In this document: one piece after another, positions 30,873 to 41,875 of the stretch
Layout: the number at the start of each line of letters is the position of its first letter
How positions within the stretch are numbered: the stretch's first letter is position 1
Assembly (NCBI GenBank): GCA_965218095.1
Contig: OZ244587.1
Location: 5,344,001 to 5,408,000 of the forward strand
Length of the DNA: 64,000 bases
Origin: Candidatus Poribacteria bacterium
GTDB lineage: Bacteria; Poribacteria; WGA-4E; PCPOR2b
Direction of reading: 5' to 3'
Notes under the pieces: generated by a model
Database searches by the model: none
What the model saw: the letters and a program-made list of their open reading frames with translations, nothing else
Told to the model about the DNA's origin: nothing
Position numbers and translations under genes: made by a program

Positions 30873-32303
30873 TCAAGTTTCGCCGAATTCTGCCACAGCA
30901 GGTCTCTGTTTCCAAAATCCCGTGGCTTGTTCAAAGGCATAAGCCAACTGTAGAACACCCAGGTCGTCCTGGTGCCGTCCTACAATCTGGAGGCCCACAG
31001 GTAGACCTTCGGGCGTGAAACCGCAGGGGACTGAGATGGCGGGGAGTCCGGTGACACTGATATAATAGCAGGATTTCATCCAGTCGATATATGTATCCAT
31101 TTTCACCTCGTTGATCTCGGTCACATAACGCTGCCTCACATCGAAGGGCGGCGCCTGGTTCACGGGAAGGATCAGGAACTCGCAACTCTCCATGAATTTC
31201 CGCACACGGTGATAAAGCTCTGCTCGCTTGAGTTCTGCTTGCCCAATCTGCGGTCCACTCAGCTTCATCCCCTCTTCAATGTTCCAGATCACGGTGTCCT
31301 TCACCTGGTCCCGGTGAGTCTTCAGCAGTTCGGCATAGGCAAGTTCAAAACGCCAGGCCCGCCACACCTTGAAGATTTCGTCCGCATCCGTGAAATCCGG
31401 CTCGCCATCCTCTATGACACAGCCTAGTTCCTCAAACACATGCCGCTGCCCGTCAATCGCCGCCGTCACACGCACATCCACCGGCAGTCCCCCCAAATCA
31501 CGACTCCAGGCAATGCGTACCCCTTTGAAATCACGCTCAAGGGGGTGGGAGAACAGGCTGCCCGGTTCGGTGATGGCAATAGGAGAGCGCGGATCGGGGC
31601 CGGCAATCGTGCTCAACATGAGGGCAGTATCCTGCACCGTGCGAGCCATAGGCCCTTGCACGGATATGGTAAACCAACCCAGCAGGGCAGGCCATACGGG
31701 GACTCTACCGGGGGAAGTGCGGAAGCCGACCACATTGCAGAAATTAGCCGGGTTGCGCAGAGAACCGCCCATGTCGCTGCCATCTGCGATTGGCTGCATG
31801 CCGCAGGCCAGGGCCACCGCCGCGCCGCCGCTGCTACCGCCGCAGGTTTTGGTGGTGTCGTAAGGGTTGAGGGTCTCCCCGAACACTTCGTTGTAGGTCT
31901 GAGAGCCGGCGCCAAACTCAGGAGTGTTGGTCTTGCCGATGGTGATAGCCCCCGCTTTTTTCAGTCGCTCCACGATCAGCGCGTCATGTTCTGGCACAAA
32001 ATCCTTAAAAATGGGAGAGCCGGAGGTTGTGCGGATGCCTTTGGTGTCGACGAGGTCTTTATGCGCTACCGGAAGCCCGTGCAGCGGCCCCACCTCCTCA
32101 CCACGTGCAAACATCTCATCGGCGGCACGGGCTTGGTCCACTGCCTGCTCCGGCACGAACGTGACAATTGCGTTCACCTTCGGGTTGACGCGCTCGATCT
32201 GCGCTAAATGCGCCTCCATGACCTCCCTGGCGGAAAGGTCCCTTGCACGAATGCGATGGACTAACTCTGTAGCCGCCATAAAGCAGATCTCTGGATTGGA
32301 CAT
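30873..32303 (-). CDS. Amidase signature family protein
   Basis: GPLHGLPVAHKD, GKTNTPEF, GGSSGG, GSDMGGSLRNPA, GLPVGLQIVG. Confidence 0.95.
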   Translation of the reverse strand: MSNPEICFMAATELVHRIRARDLSAREVMEAHLAQIERVNPKVNAIVTFVPEQAVDQARAADEMFARGEEVGPLHGLPVAHKDLVDTKGIRTTSGSPIFKDFVPEHDALIVERLKKAGAITIGKTNTPEFGAGSQTYNEVFGETLNPYDTTKTCGGSSGGAAVALACGMQPIADGSDMGGSLRNPANFCNVVGFRTSPGRVPVWPALLGWFTISVQGPMARTVQDTALMLSTIAGPDPRSPIAITEPGSLFSHPLERDFKGVRIAWSRDLGGLPVDVRVTAAIDGQRHVFEELGCVIEDGEPDFTDADEIFKVWRAWRFELAYAELLKTHRDQVKDTVIWNIEEGMKLSGPQIGQAELKRAELYHRVRKFMESCEFLILPVNQAPPFDVRQRYVTEINEVKMDTYIDWMKSCYYISVTGLPAISVPCGFTPEGLPVGLQIVGRHQDDLGVLQLAYAFEQATGFWKQRPAVAEFGET

Positions 32304-32678
32304 AATGTTCTCCTTTCAAATGTAGCCGGGCCGGACGCTCAATAACCATCCGGAAGCCGCGAGTGACGCGATCGGCAACTTGTCCGGGATGACCCACGCT
32401 AACGTTGTCCCATGTGCTGAGGAACCATCTTATTAGATATTCTAACTCCATCAGGTAAGAATGACAACAACTTTATTATTTTCACACCTGCAACAATTAG
32501 AAATTTCCCATAAGAAACCCCGATTTGCGATCGGGGTTCATCAACGGATTTGACCGCAAATTTGCGCGGTGTGAGAAACCTTCTGAAGGTTATTTCTAAA
32601 TTTAGGAACTTGATCAAATTAACCAAATGGAGTATAATGGGATTTGAAGACCGTTTTACTTACGAAAGGATGCCCTGA

Positions 32679-32981
32679 ATGAATAAGCCCAACATTTTTT
32701 ACATCCACTCTCACGACACAGGGTGTTATGTTCAGCCTTACGGTCATGCGATACCGACGTCTCTGCTGTTACGAGCCTCAACGAACGGTACGGATGATGA
32801 AAAGTACCTGAACGTATTGAAGAATATGCATCGTCGGTTGGAGCGTTGGAGGGAGGAGACCGATGAGCCATTGTTAGAAGAACCGATAATGAGTCCACCG
32901 AAGACCACCGTCGTAAATGATCCGGATGATCTGTTACCGACAAGCGCAATGCACCCAGCGAGAGATTTCATGAGGATTTAG
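32679..32981 (+). pseudogene. Sulfatase remnant (N- and C-termini joined, core deleted)
   Basis: PNIFYIHSHDTG.YVQPYGHAIPT (sulfatase N-terminus) is joined directly to the C-terminal ..RRLERWREETDEPLL. Confidence 0.7.
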
Positions 32982-33034
32982 ATTGTATAAATCGCGTATC
33001 AGCTTGCAACACTACTACTGAGGAGTTCAATGCA

Positions 33035-33724
33035 ATGAATTTTGAAGAAATTAAACGGCGACTGTTGGTTCTTGATACCGCTTGTGTATGTGACGCCAAC
33101 AAAGCGCTCAGAATTGCCGATCCCACTGTTAAAGAGCTTAGAGTCATTGACCCTGCCATTCGTCCAATCCGAACCGGCCTCAAACTCGTCGGACGTGCAC
33201 ACACAGTGACGTGTCATGAAGACTTTCTTACGGTAATCAAAGGGCTACGGGACGCTGAACCGGGAGAGGTGCTTGTCATTGATACCCAGGGCAGTCGTAG
33301 GGCGGTGGCGGGTGAACTGTTTCCGACCGAGGCGGCGCGAAAGAATTTAGCCGGAATTGTGATAGATGGTTCCTGCCGGGATACCAAAACGATCAGAACG
33401 CTAGATGTCCCTTATTACGCCCGGTCAATCATCCCCATTGCGGGTACCACTTCTAAGATCTTCGAGACACAAATCCCAATCACGTGTGGAGGCGTTATCG
33501 TGAACCCAGGGGATATCATTTTCGGTGACGACGATGGTATTGTTGTGGCGACCGCGGCTCAACTGTCGGAGCTTATCGCAATTGCCGAGGATATCCAGAA
33601 GAAGGAAGATTTGCTGCTGAAAAAGATGGCAGAGGGCGTGAGCCTGCTTGATATGTTAAATTTCGACGATCATTATGCATCGGTAAGCGCTGGAAAAGCA
33701 AGCAAGTTAGAATTTACGGTTTGA
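33035..33724 (+). CDS. RraA family / 4-hydroxy-4-methyl-2-oxoglutarate aldolase-like protein
   Basis: TACVCDA, GRAHTV, AVAGEL, GIVIDGSCRD, VNPGDIIFGDDDGIVV. Confidence 0.88.
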   Translation: MNFEEIKRRLLVLDTACVCDANKALRIADPTVKELRVIDPAIRPIRTGLKLVGRAHTVTCHEDFLTVIKGLRDAEPGEVLVIDTQGSRRAVAGELFPTEAARKNLAGIVIDGSCRDTKTIRTLDVPYYARSIIPIAGTTSKIFETQIPITCGGVIVNPGDIIFGDDDGIVVATAAQLSELIAIAEDIQKKEDLLLKKMAEGVSLLDMLNFDDHYASVSAGKASKLEFTV

Positions 33725-33857
33725 ACACACCCTGATCAGGGTTGAGACCCACACCCAATTGCTACCCTATGCCGCCAATAGGTCGGATCCAAGGTGCGGA
33801 CGCGAGCCTTATACTAAATTCGGTTTGAAATTTCTCATTCTAAAAACAGTGGACGCA

Positions 33858-33936
33858 GGAGGGCAAAGCTCCCGCCGAGCCAACACCGGCTGGATTCGGT
33901 CCGATTTTCGAACGAGCACGGGAGCCTCACCCTCCC
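33858..33936. repeat. REP-like hairpin repeat (inverted copy at 8982-9056)
   Basis: ggagggcaaagctcccgccgagcc...gagcacgggagcctcaccctccc. Confidence 0.7.
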
Positions 33937-33980
33937 AACCCATAAGCCAATTCATGGGAAATCAGAAACCTGAATCTGTA

Positions 33981-34781
33981 TTAGCCCATCGATATCCCGC
34001 CATCTACATGGATGGTCTGTCCGGTGATGTTTCGAGCCTCCTCTGATGCCAGGAAGACGACTAGGTTACCGATGTCCTCTGGCGCCTGTTCCCGCTGTAG
34101 TGGCGTGTTCTGTTTCACCCACTGCTCGAACAAAGCACGTGGCTCCAACCCGGCGTAAGCAGGCTCGCCCCTGGCAATCAGCGGCGCCAACTTGTGCCAG
34201 AAAGGGGTCCAGACTAGCCCCGGACAGACTGCATTGACGTTGATGTTATAGGGACCGAGGTCCTTGGCAACGAGCCGCGTCAGGTTCAACAGGGCGTTCT
34301 TCGCCGCCACGTAGGCCGGCACAATCTGCGAGTCCCGCTTTGCCGCGATCGATGATATGTTGATAATCTTCCCAAACTCCCGTTCCATCATGTGAGGAGC
34401 AACCGCCTTGCAGAGGAAAAAGGGACCTTTGACGTGAACTGCATAGTTTTCGTCCCATTCCGCCTCCGTCTGGTTGGTGAACGGAAGTCCAAGCCGCTCA
34501 CCGAAATGCCCAGCGTTGTTGACGAGAATATCCACATGCCCGAACCCCTTGAGGGCTTCCTCCACCAGAGCCTTGCAATCCGCTTCTTTCGTTACGTCCG
34601 ACCGGGCGGCCAACCCACGCCGGCCGGCCTGGCGGACTTTCTCAACACATCGCTGTGCAGCATCGAGGTTCACGTCCGACACAACCACATCTGCACCTTC
34701 TCTTGTAAGACATGTACAGATACCACGCCCCATCCCCCCGCCTCCTCCAGTGACGATGGCGATTCTATCTTTCAAACGCAT
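33981..34781 (-). CDS. SDR family oxidoreductase
   Basis: TGGGGGMG, DILVNNAG, YVAAK, NVNAVCPG, ITGQTIHVDGG. Confidence 0.93.
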   Translation of the reverse strand: MRLKDRIAIVTGGGGGMGRGICTCLTREGADVVVSDVNLDAAQRCVEKVRQAGRRGLAARSDVTKEADCKALVEEALKGFGHVDILVNNAGHFGERLGLPFTNQTEAEWDENYAVHVKGPFFLCKAVAPHMMEREFGKIINISSIAAKRDSQIVPAYVAAKNALLNLTRLVAKDLGPYNINVNAVCPGLVWTPFWHKLAPLIARGEPAYAGLEPRALFEQWVKQNTPLQREQAPEDIGNLVVFLASEEARNITGQTIHVDGGISMG

Positions 34782-35060
34782 GGAAGTCTCCCTTGACTCA
34801 AATTGATATTTTATCCTTTCCCTTCACCATTCTAGCATAAAGCCAAGATCTTCTCAAGCAAAATAATTGTTGCTTTTGCCTCATTGATTGTTATATAATC
34901 GAGAGGTAGTCATTATTGTTGCCATCGGATCCCTGCAAAGGTTTCAAACCTTCGCAAGGTTGAGAATCATAATCAGGCGAAAATCATTGCCAAACACCCC
35001 CGAAAAGGCGCGGCGTTCTCCCTGTCCTGGAAGGGCGAGGTTTCCGCCGCGAAGATTTCT

Positions 35061-36128
35061 ATGAAAAAACACATTTTAGTTGTGACCATTGACACCCTCC
35101 GTGCCGATTACGTCGGCTGTTATAAGGTGCGGTCAATCCGTACACCCAATCTGGATGCTTTCGCCGCTTCCGGCGTCCGTTTCGATCACTACCTGACCAG
35201 TCTAGCGACGACCCTGCCGTCGCATTGCAGCCTGATGACCGGCTGCACCCCTACGGTCCATGGCGTGAACTGGAACAACGTCAAAACTCCGCGCCGACGC
35301 AAAACGTTAGCGGAAATTGCGATTGGAGAGGGTTACACCACAACAGCGATCACCAGTTGGGGCGGCTTCCAGAGCCAGCAGGTTCTCGGCTTCGAAAACG
35401 CCTACAGCAAGAGTAGTGCTGGCTCGGAAGAAAATCGCGGCGACCGCACACTTGAGCGAGTCAAAGAATGGTTGCAAAATGTCGACGAAAAACATCCACA
35501 ACTCCTATGGGTGCATTTCATCGATCCACATACGCCAGATAACTGCCCGCCTCCATATCCTCAGACCTACAGTGGCGAAGTGGAATTCGTTGATTCCTTG
35601 GTGGGTGACTTGTTGACAGGTTGGGATGAGAAACTGGGAGCAGAGGAAACCTTTGCCGTCGTTACAGCAGATCATGGCGAGCATCTCAATGACCACGGTG
35701 TGGAACGGGGCCATGGCACGCTTTGGCATACGAACCTTTGGGTGCCGCTTCTGATGCGGTCACCTGGAATCATCTCACCTCGCACGGTCGTCTCAGAATT
35801 GACCCGTCAGATTGATGTTCTGCCAACTATTCTCGATTATTGCGGTCTGCCTATGCCGTATAACGTGGAAGGCATGTCCCTGCGCGGCCTGATTGAAGGG
35901 ACGGACGTCGATCTTCAGTTCGTCCATCAGGGCCAGGCGATTCATGGCGATACATATACAGTGACGGTACGAAACGAAGAATATGCCTTCCACTTTGGGG
36001 ATGACAAAGATCTAGTACATGTCTTTGACCTGCGCAGCGATTCGGACGAAGAGAATGATCAATGGCTGCGGGAGGGCGAAGCCAGACATTCGGTGGAACA
36101 TTCTGTTCGTGATGCCCAGGCGTGTTGA
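35061..36128 (+). CDS. Sulfatase-like hydrolase (Thr variant)
   Basis: TIDTLRAD, TPNLD, TLPSHCSLMTG, HFIDPH, TADHGE, IDVLPT. Confidence 0.88.
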   Translation: MKKHILVVTIDTLRADYVGCYKVRSIRTPNLDAFAASGVRFDHYLTSLATTLPSHCSLMTGCTPTVHGVNWNNVKTPRRRKTLAEIAIGEGYTTTAITSWGGFQSQQVLGFENAYSKSSAGSEENRGDRTLERVKEWLQNVDEKHPQLLWVHFIDPHTPDNCPPPYPQTYSGEVEFVDSLVGDLLTGWDEKLGAEETFAVVTADHGEHLNDHGVERGHGTLWHTNLWVPLLMRSPGIISPRTVVSELTRQIDVLPTILDYCGLPMPYNVEGMSLRGLIEGTDVDLQFVHQGQAIHGDTYTVTVRNEEYAFHFGDDKDLVHVFDLRSDSDEENDQWLREGEARHSVEHSVRDAQAC

Positions 36129-36274
36129 TAAAACAGTTTGTCCCCTTTGCGGACAGCTACCTCCGCATCCGGCGGCTTACCTCAAAATGGGTGGAACTAG
36201 GGTTGAAGTAGGGAAGCGGAGAACCGCTGCTTCGACATACGGAAATGAATCGAAATGGCATAAAGAGGTGAATC

Positions 36275-37255
36275 ATGGAAGAACTTCGTTTCGGCATTAT
36301 CGGTTCCGGCGGCATGGCACACGCCCGTGCGGAGCGGATTACCCGCAACCCGCGGGGACGGTTGATCTGTGTTGCGTCGCGCAATCCCACAACCGGTCAG
36401 GCTTTAGCCAAGGCTTACGGTGTGCCGTTCCTCCCGGACTGGCAGGCGTTGATTGAACGTGAAGATGTGGATGCCCTCCTCGTGGCAACCCATCAGGGGA
36501 CGCACGCACTGATGAGCCTCGCAGCACTAGGAGCCGGAAAGCATGTATTTACCGAGTCACCGATGGCATTGAGTATGGACGATGCCGACGCCATAATTCA
36601 GCGCATGCAGGCTAACGGACTTGCGCTGCGCGTCGGGCACACTAGTGTACTGCAAAACGTACACACGCTGATGAAGATAGAAGCAGGTGCACTTGGCAAC
36701 CTCCTTTTAGCCGTCATGCACATTCACTGGAACAATGACACGCGAGGAGAACAGTTGGCGGGCTTTCATACAGAGATCAGTGGACACCCGTTCTTCATGG
36801 GCATAACGTTAGCGTTTCCAATTTTCGATCTATGTCCCGATGTCACATGGGTTGATGCACACTGTACGTTTCACAACCTCGACGCGGCAGGCGCGTTCGA
36901 CAAGTGTATGGCGAGCATGCAGGTTGGTTTTGCAAACGGCGGCATAGGACAAGTTGTCTATGCACGGGGCCTGGCGCAGCCCGGCAGTGCGTGGCGGCGT
37001 TTCCTCTTTAGCGAAGGCACACTCGAATATCGTCAGGGTGAACCACATGTGCGCAAAGCAACAACGGCGGGCGAAGTCAGCCTCCCTATCCCGGACGTTG
37101 ATGCTTGGCAGGTGGAGGTAGACGACTTCATCACAGGTGTGTTGGATGGCACGCCGCTGCTGGTATCGCCGGAGGAAGCTAGGCGTGTGGTAGTCATCGG
37201 GGCGGAGGCAGTAACATCGGCAACCGAAGGACGGCGGGTGAGTCTCTCTGTCTGA
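36275..37255 (+). CDS. Gfo/Idh/MocA family oxidoreductase
   Basis: FGIIGSGGMA, AGKHVFTESPMA. Confidence 0.85.
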   Translation: MEELRFGIIGSGGMAHARAERITRNPRGRLICVASRNPTTGQALAKAYGVPFLPDWQALIEREDVDALLVATHQGTHALMSLAALGAGKHVFTESPMALSMDDADAIIQRMQANGLALRVGHTSVLQNVHTLMKIEAGALGNLLLAVMHIHWNNDTRGEQLAGFHTEISGHPFFMGITLAFPIFDLCPDVTWVDAHCTFHNLDAAGAFDKCMASMQVGFANGGIGQVVYARGLAQPGSAWRRFLFSEGTLEYRQGEPHVRKATTAGEVSLPIPDVDAWQVEVDDFITGVLDGTPLLVSPEEARRVVVIGAEAVTSATEGRRVSLSV

Positions 37256-37669
37256 AAAATACCGGACCAACTCTTTCTGCCCGTCAGATCCGTTACCGGA
37301 GGAGATCCAAGAGGACTTGTCGCTGATTAGAGCTGCTTTACAAGACATAAGTACCCACCCCGGTTTTGATAAACTATTGTAAGGGGCAACACCCCATACG
37401 TACTAAGCTAACGTGACGAACCCCGTAGGAGTGGCATGTTTATAGAGCCCGCCTGGTTTCGATACGGCTCCGCCTACTCGACCGGCTATTTTTGTTCTAT
37501 TCCTGATGAAATTGTGCTATAATCAAGTCACAATTGAAATGAGACTTCCGAACTTCCAGGATTCTCATTCCGTTTTTTCGTTGCATTTCAATGTATCTCA
37601 AAATCGGGTTCCCTGTCTTGAAATTGGGGAGTACTATAATATTCCCAAACCCAAAGGAGGAAATGAAAA

Positions 37670-39391
37670 ATGAGACAAAGTTATTGGAGATTTGTCTGTC
37701 TGCTAAGCGCCGGCTTACTTGTGAATATGGCAAGCTGGGCAGGCGGGGTGATTTTGCCTTTTGAACACTAAACTCGACACATGGAGCAGAAACCCGGAGC
37801 AGCGATGTTTGACTACGATAATGATGGCGATCTCAACATCTACGTGACCAATGACGGGCCCAACGCACTCTATCTAAACAATGGCGACGGCACATTCACA
37901 GACATCACAGATTCCGCAGATGTGATCTCGCCATTCCGGTCAAGCACCTGTGCCTTTGCCGACATCGACGATGATGGGTACGTGGATCTCTATGTTGGGA
38001 CAGCCCATTGGTTATATGGCTTCAACGAATTATATTGCAACAACGGTGATTTGACCTTTACAAACATTAGCGAGCAAACCGGAACAGCCGGTGGGTATTC
38101 TTGGTCGGTTGTTTTTTGCGACTACGACAATGACGGTGACTAGGACATTTTCACGGCAAATGATCAAGGGATCTCCAAGGAAGGTGAACGTAACCCGGTC
38201 ATGCTCTTCCGAAACGACGGAAATCTAAATTTTACCAACGTCACAAACGAGGCAGGTTTGAGCGCCACCGGCCTTTGGATGGGGCTTGCGTTCGGTGACT
38301 ATGACCTCGACGGGGATTTTGATCTCTTTGCGACAAACGTTGGTACTTCCCGTGAAGACATTGAATTTCCAGATACCAGGTGCCATGCCCTCTACCGCAA
38401 CAACGGGAATGGCACATTTACGAATGTGGCGGAGGAGTTAGGCCTCGCGCGTTGGGAGTTTGGTTGGGGAACGGCTTTCACCGACTTCGATAATGATGGC
38501 GACAGCGATCTCTACTTTGTTGGAAATTTCCCAACTATGGGCGTTGAAGATAACCCGGGGCATTTGTTTATCAACAATAGCGATGGGACGTTTGCAGAAT
38601 CGACAGGAAAATATGGCCTGTGGACGCAGGATGAGAGTGGGAAAAACACATACGCCGTGGGGCTTGCGGCGGGAGATGTGAACGACGACGGACATGTGTA
38701 CCTATTTGTGGTGAACGCAGCCACCGTGGAAACACTAGGCTATCCGATCCCATTTAGCGAGAAGTTTGATAATAACCATTGGATTCGAGTTCAGTTAGAG
38801 GGGTTGATGAGCAACCGCAGTGGGATTGGCGCGCGGGTTTCTGTGACTGCCGGCGGACGCACTCAAATTCAAGAGGTCGCTAGCGGCGCCAGTAGTTTCT
38901 CGCAGCACAGTCTCGATCTTACCTTCGGGTTAGGAAACCATTCGCAGGCTGATGTGATTGAAATTCGCTGGCCCAGTGGGGCAATTCAAACATTTGAGTC
39001 GGTGGATGCCAATCAAACCGTGAAAATCCGAGAATTCTCTCCGCTTGTTGTCGCTGTCGAACCGGGGGACAAACAACGGATAATGTCTGAGAAAATCGAG
39101 TACAATGTCCTGTTTCAGAACTACCCGAATCCGTTTAATCCTGAAATGTGGATTCCGTACCGGATTGCTTCTGATGTGGAAGTCTCGATCTCCATTTATA
39201 GCGTTGATGGCTTGCTTATTCATCGAATTGAGCTTGGGCAGCAAAGGGCAGGAATATACCTCTCCCGCGAGCGGGCGGCGTACTGGAACAGGCGGGATAT
39301 ACATGGCGAACAGGTTTCAAGCGGTGTATACTTTTACCAAATGAACGCCGGCAATTTCACGTCTCAACGGAAAATGGTTATCCTCAGGTAA
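37670..39391 (+). pseudogene. Secreted FG-GAP/CRTAC1-like protein with ASPIC/UnbV and C-terminal FlgD-Ig domains, interrupted by two in-frame stops
   Basis: Signal peptide from ATG 37670; TAA 37769-37771 and TAG 38141-38143 lie in one frame; DYDNDGD repeats, GIGARV..QIQEV..FGLG, QNYPNPFNPE. Confidence 0.8.
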
Positions 39392-39550
39392 TCAGTATAT
39401 GGATTTTCCAATTTTTTAATCATCCCGAACCCATACTATAACAACTAATCGACTTACTATCTCCGAAACACTATTGCTGTCGGGATGGTTTAATCTTGGA
39501 AACACCCATCACAAACCGCACGCCTCCGTTAAGACTTGAGGTTTTTTTAC

Positions 39551-41494
39551 ATGGGAAAACCACCAGAAAAGGACTTACCAAGCGTCACTCTGCGTGCTTT
39601 TTTGATTGGATTAATCTTAATTCCACCTAACTGTTATTGGGTGGTTCAAAGTGAGGCAGTTTGGGGCACGACCTATTTGACCGTCGTGTCCCTTTTTTTT
39701 AATGTAACCTTCACCCTCCTGGTCTTAGTGGCGCTCAACGCATTATGCAAGCAAATCGTCCCAAAAGGGGCGTTAAAGCAGGGGGAATTGCTCACAATCT
39801 ATGTAATGCTATGTCTGGGCTCCAGCATCGCGGGGAATAACTTCCTCTTGAACCTTGTGCTTACACTCGGATTTCCTTTTTGGTACGCTACACCTGAGAA
39901 TGAATGGTCCCAACTGTTCTTTCGATTTGTGCCCGACTGGTTGGCGGTCAAAGACAAAGCGGCATTGCAGGGATTTTATAAAGGCGAGTCCAGTATCTAT
40001 ATCATGGAATATCTCACCATCTGGCTGAAGCCGCTCGCTTTCTGGGCGGCCTTTTCAATGGTGCTGATATTCACTTTACTGTGTGCCGTGGCACTTGTCA
40101 GAAAACAGTGGACAGAATCTGAAAAGTTGTCTTATCCGATTATTCAAGTCCCGTTGGAGCTGACACGAAACGGCACTGGAAGCGGCCTCTTCTCAAACAG
40201 GTTGTTTCTATTGGGATTTGGACTGATGGCAACGATTACTGTAATCAATGGATTGCATTTTCATTACCCTGTGGTTCCTAACCTTCGTTTGCGGACTTCG
40301 ATCGGTCATCTATTCACGGAAAAACCGTGGAATGCCATCGGTTGGACGCCGCTTGTAATTTATCCGTGGATTGTCGGACTTACGTTTTTTATCCCACTCG
40401 ATTTGTCGTTCTCGGTTTGGTTTTTCTATCTATTTGCCAAAGTACAACGAATCATGGGAGGCTCCATGGGTTGGATGAGTCTGCAAAGTTTTCCCTATCT
40501 CCATCAACAATCAACTGGCGCATGGCTGGGGCTCTTTGTCATTGCATTGTGGTTGACCCGGAAACATCTGAAGGGTGCTTTCGCTGAAGCGTTGAGATTT
40601 CGTGTGAAAACTCAGCAGAGATCTCTTGTTAAAACAGAACCCATGAGTTATCGAACCGCCTTGATAGGCTTGATCTTAGGACTTTCTTTTCTAGCCGTAT
40701 TCTGTATCGCTGCTGGAATGTCTTTCTGGATAACATTATCGTTTCTAATCTTGTTGATCGGTTTGGAAACCGCCATCACTCGGATGCGTGCTGAACTCGG
40801 TCCGCCGATACATGAAATAAATAGAGTCGGTCCGGACTTTTTCCTGGCGACGGCGCTGGGCACTCGGCGTCTAGGCGGGAAAAATTTGACGATGTTAACT
40901 TATCTTTACTTTACTGTCCGTAATCCAACAAGCCACCCCATGCCCCATCAACTGGAAGGCTTCAAACTGGCAGAACTTGTAGGCATCAATTCCAAAAGGC
41001 TTGCCGCCGCGATGATGATAGCAGTCGCGGTTGGGATTATATCCGCTTTATGGGTTTTGCTGCACGCCGCTTACAAAACCGGTGTCGCCTCGGGATTCAC
41101 AGGGTATGTCGGTATACCACGGGAATCGTTCCCCCGGCTAGCGTTGTGGATACAGGAGCCAAGCAACACAAACTACGTTCGATTTGGGTTTATTGGGATC
41201 GGTTTATTGTTTTCCCTGATGCTCATGTTTCTTCGGAGCCAATTTTTATGGTGGTCATTGCACCCTGTCGGATATGCGCTATCAACGAGTGGCTGGGTTA
41301 TCAATTACATCTGGTTCTCATTTATGGTGAGTTGGTTCATCAAGTGGATTATCCTGAGACATGGACACCTCAAAGCATACCGAAACGCAACGCCTTTTTT
41401 CTTTGGCCTCATCTTGGGTGAATATGCAGTCGGTTGCTCCTGGAACCTTCTCGGTATTGTGTTGGGATTCCCGACCTACGGCTTCTTTGAATGA
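39551..41494 (+). CDS. Multi-pass membrane protein, DUF6785/DUF6784-like (putative transporter)
   Basis: Many hydrophobic segments; RKQW...EKLSYPIIQVP, RMRAELG.P, WWSLHPVGY, PFFFGLILGE. Confidence 0.75.
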   Translation: MGKPPEKDLPSVTLRAFLIGLILIPPNCYWVVQSEAVWGTTYLTVVSLFFNVTFTLLVLVALNALCKQIVPKGALKQGELLTIYVMLCLGSSIAGNNFLLNLVLTLGFPFWYATPENEWSQLFFRFVPDWLAVKDKAALQGFYKGESSIYIMEYLTIWLKPLAFWAAFSMVLIFTLLCAVALVRKQWTESEKLSYPIIQVPLELTRNGTGSGLFSNRLFLLGFGLMATITVINGLHFHYPVVPNLRLRTSIGHLFTEKPWNAIGWTPLVIYPWIVGLTFFIPLDLSFSVWFFYLFAKVQRIMGGSMGWMSLQSFPYLHQQSTGAWLGLFVIALWLTRKHLKGAFAEALRFRVKTQQRSLVKTEPMSYRTALIGLILGLSFLAVFCIAAGMSFWITLSFLILLIGLETAITRMRAELGPPIHEINRVGPDFFLATALGTRRLGGKNLTMLTYLYFTVRNPTSHPMPHQLEGFKLAELVGINSKRLAAAMMIAVAVGIISALWVLLHAAYKTGVASGFTGYVGIPRESFPRLALWIQEPSNTNYVRFGFIGIGLLFSLMLMFLRSQFLWWSLHPVGYALSTSGWVINYIWFSFMVSWFIKWIILRHGHLKAYRNATPFFFGLILGEYAVGCSWNLLGIVLGFPTYGFFE

Positions 41495-41875
41495 CCAAAC
41501 CTTGAGTCGAATGCCTCCATTATTGAGAGTATCAGCAACTACAGCCCTTTACTTAGATGGTTATTACTAAATGTTTGGTGCGCACAGGGACAGAATCTCT
41601 GCCTTTTCGTTAATTGGTGACGAGTGGTTCTCACCCCTCAACGATGAGTCGTCACGCATCACTTCTCACTTTTCACGCCGGACGCAGACAACGGGTGCAA
41701 CGTTGGCTGACTTTCTCAAGGGTTTATCGATAGTACACATGCCGATAAGTGCTTGACAAAACCAGTATAAATAGGTTATGTTATGTTCAGTAATTTCTTG
41801 TTAAAATTCTATCGGATACCAGACGAAAAGCTGATTTCGTACATCTTCCCAGCCCGCGTTTTCCGGAGGTAAAAA

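Noticed and set aside
32304-32450. Structured leader upstream of the amidase (riboswitch?)
   Set aside because: No recognisable riboswitch consensus; it would need an Rfam search
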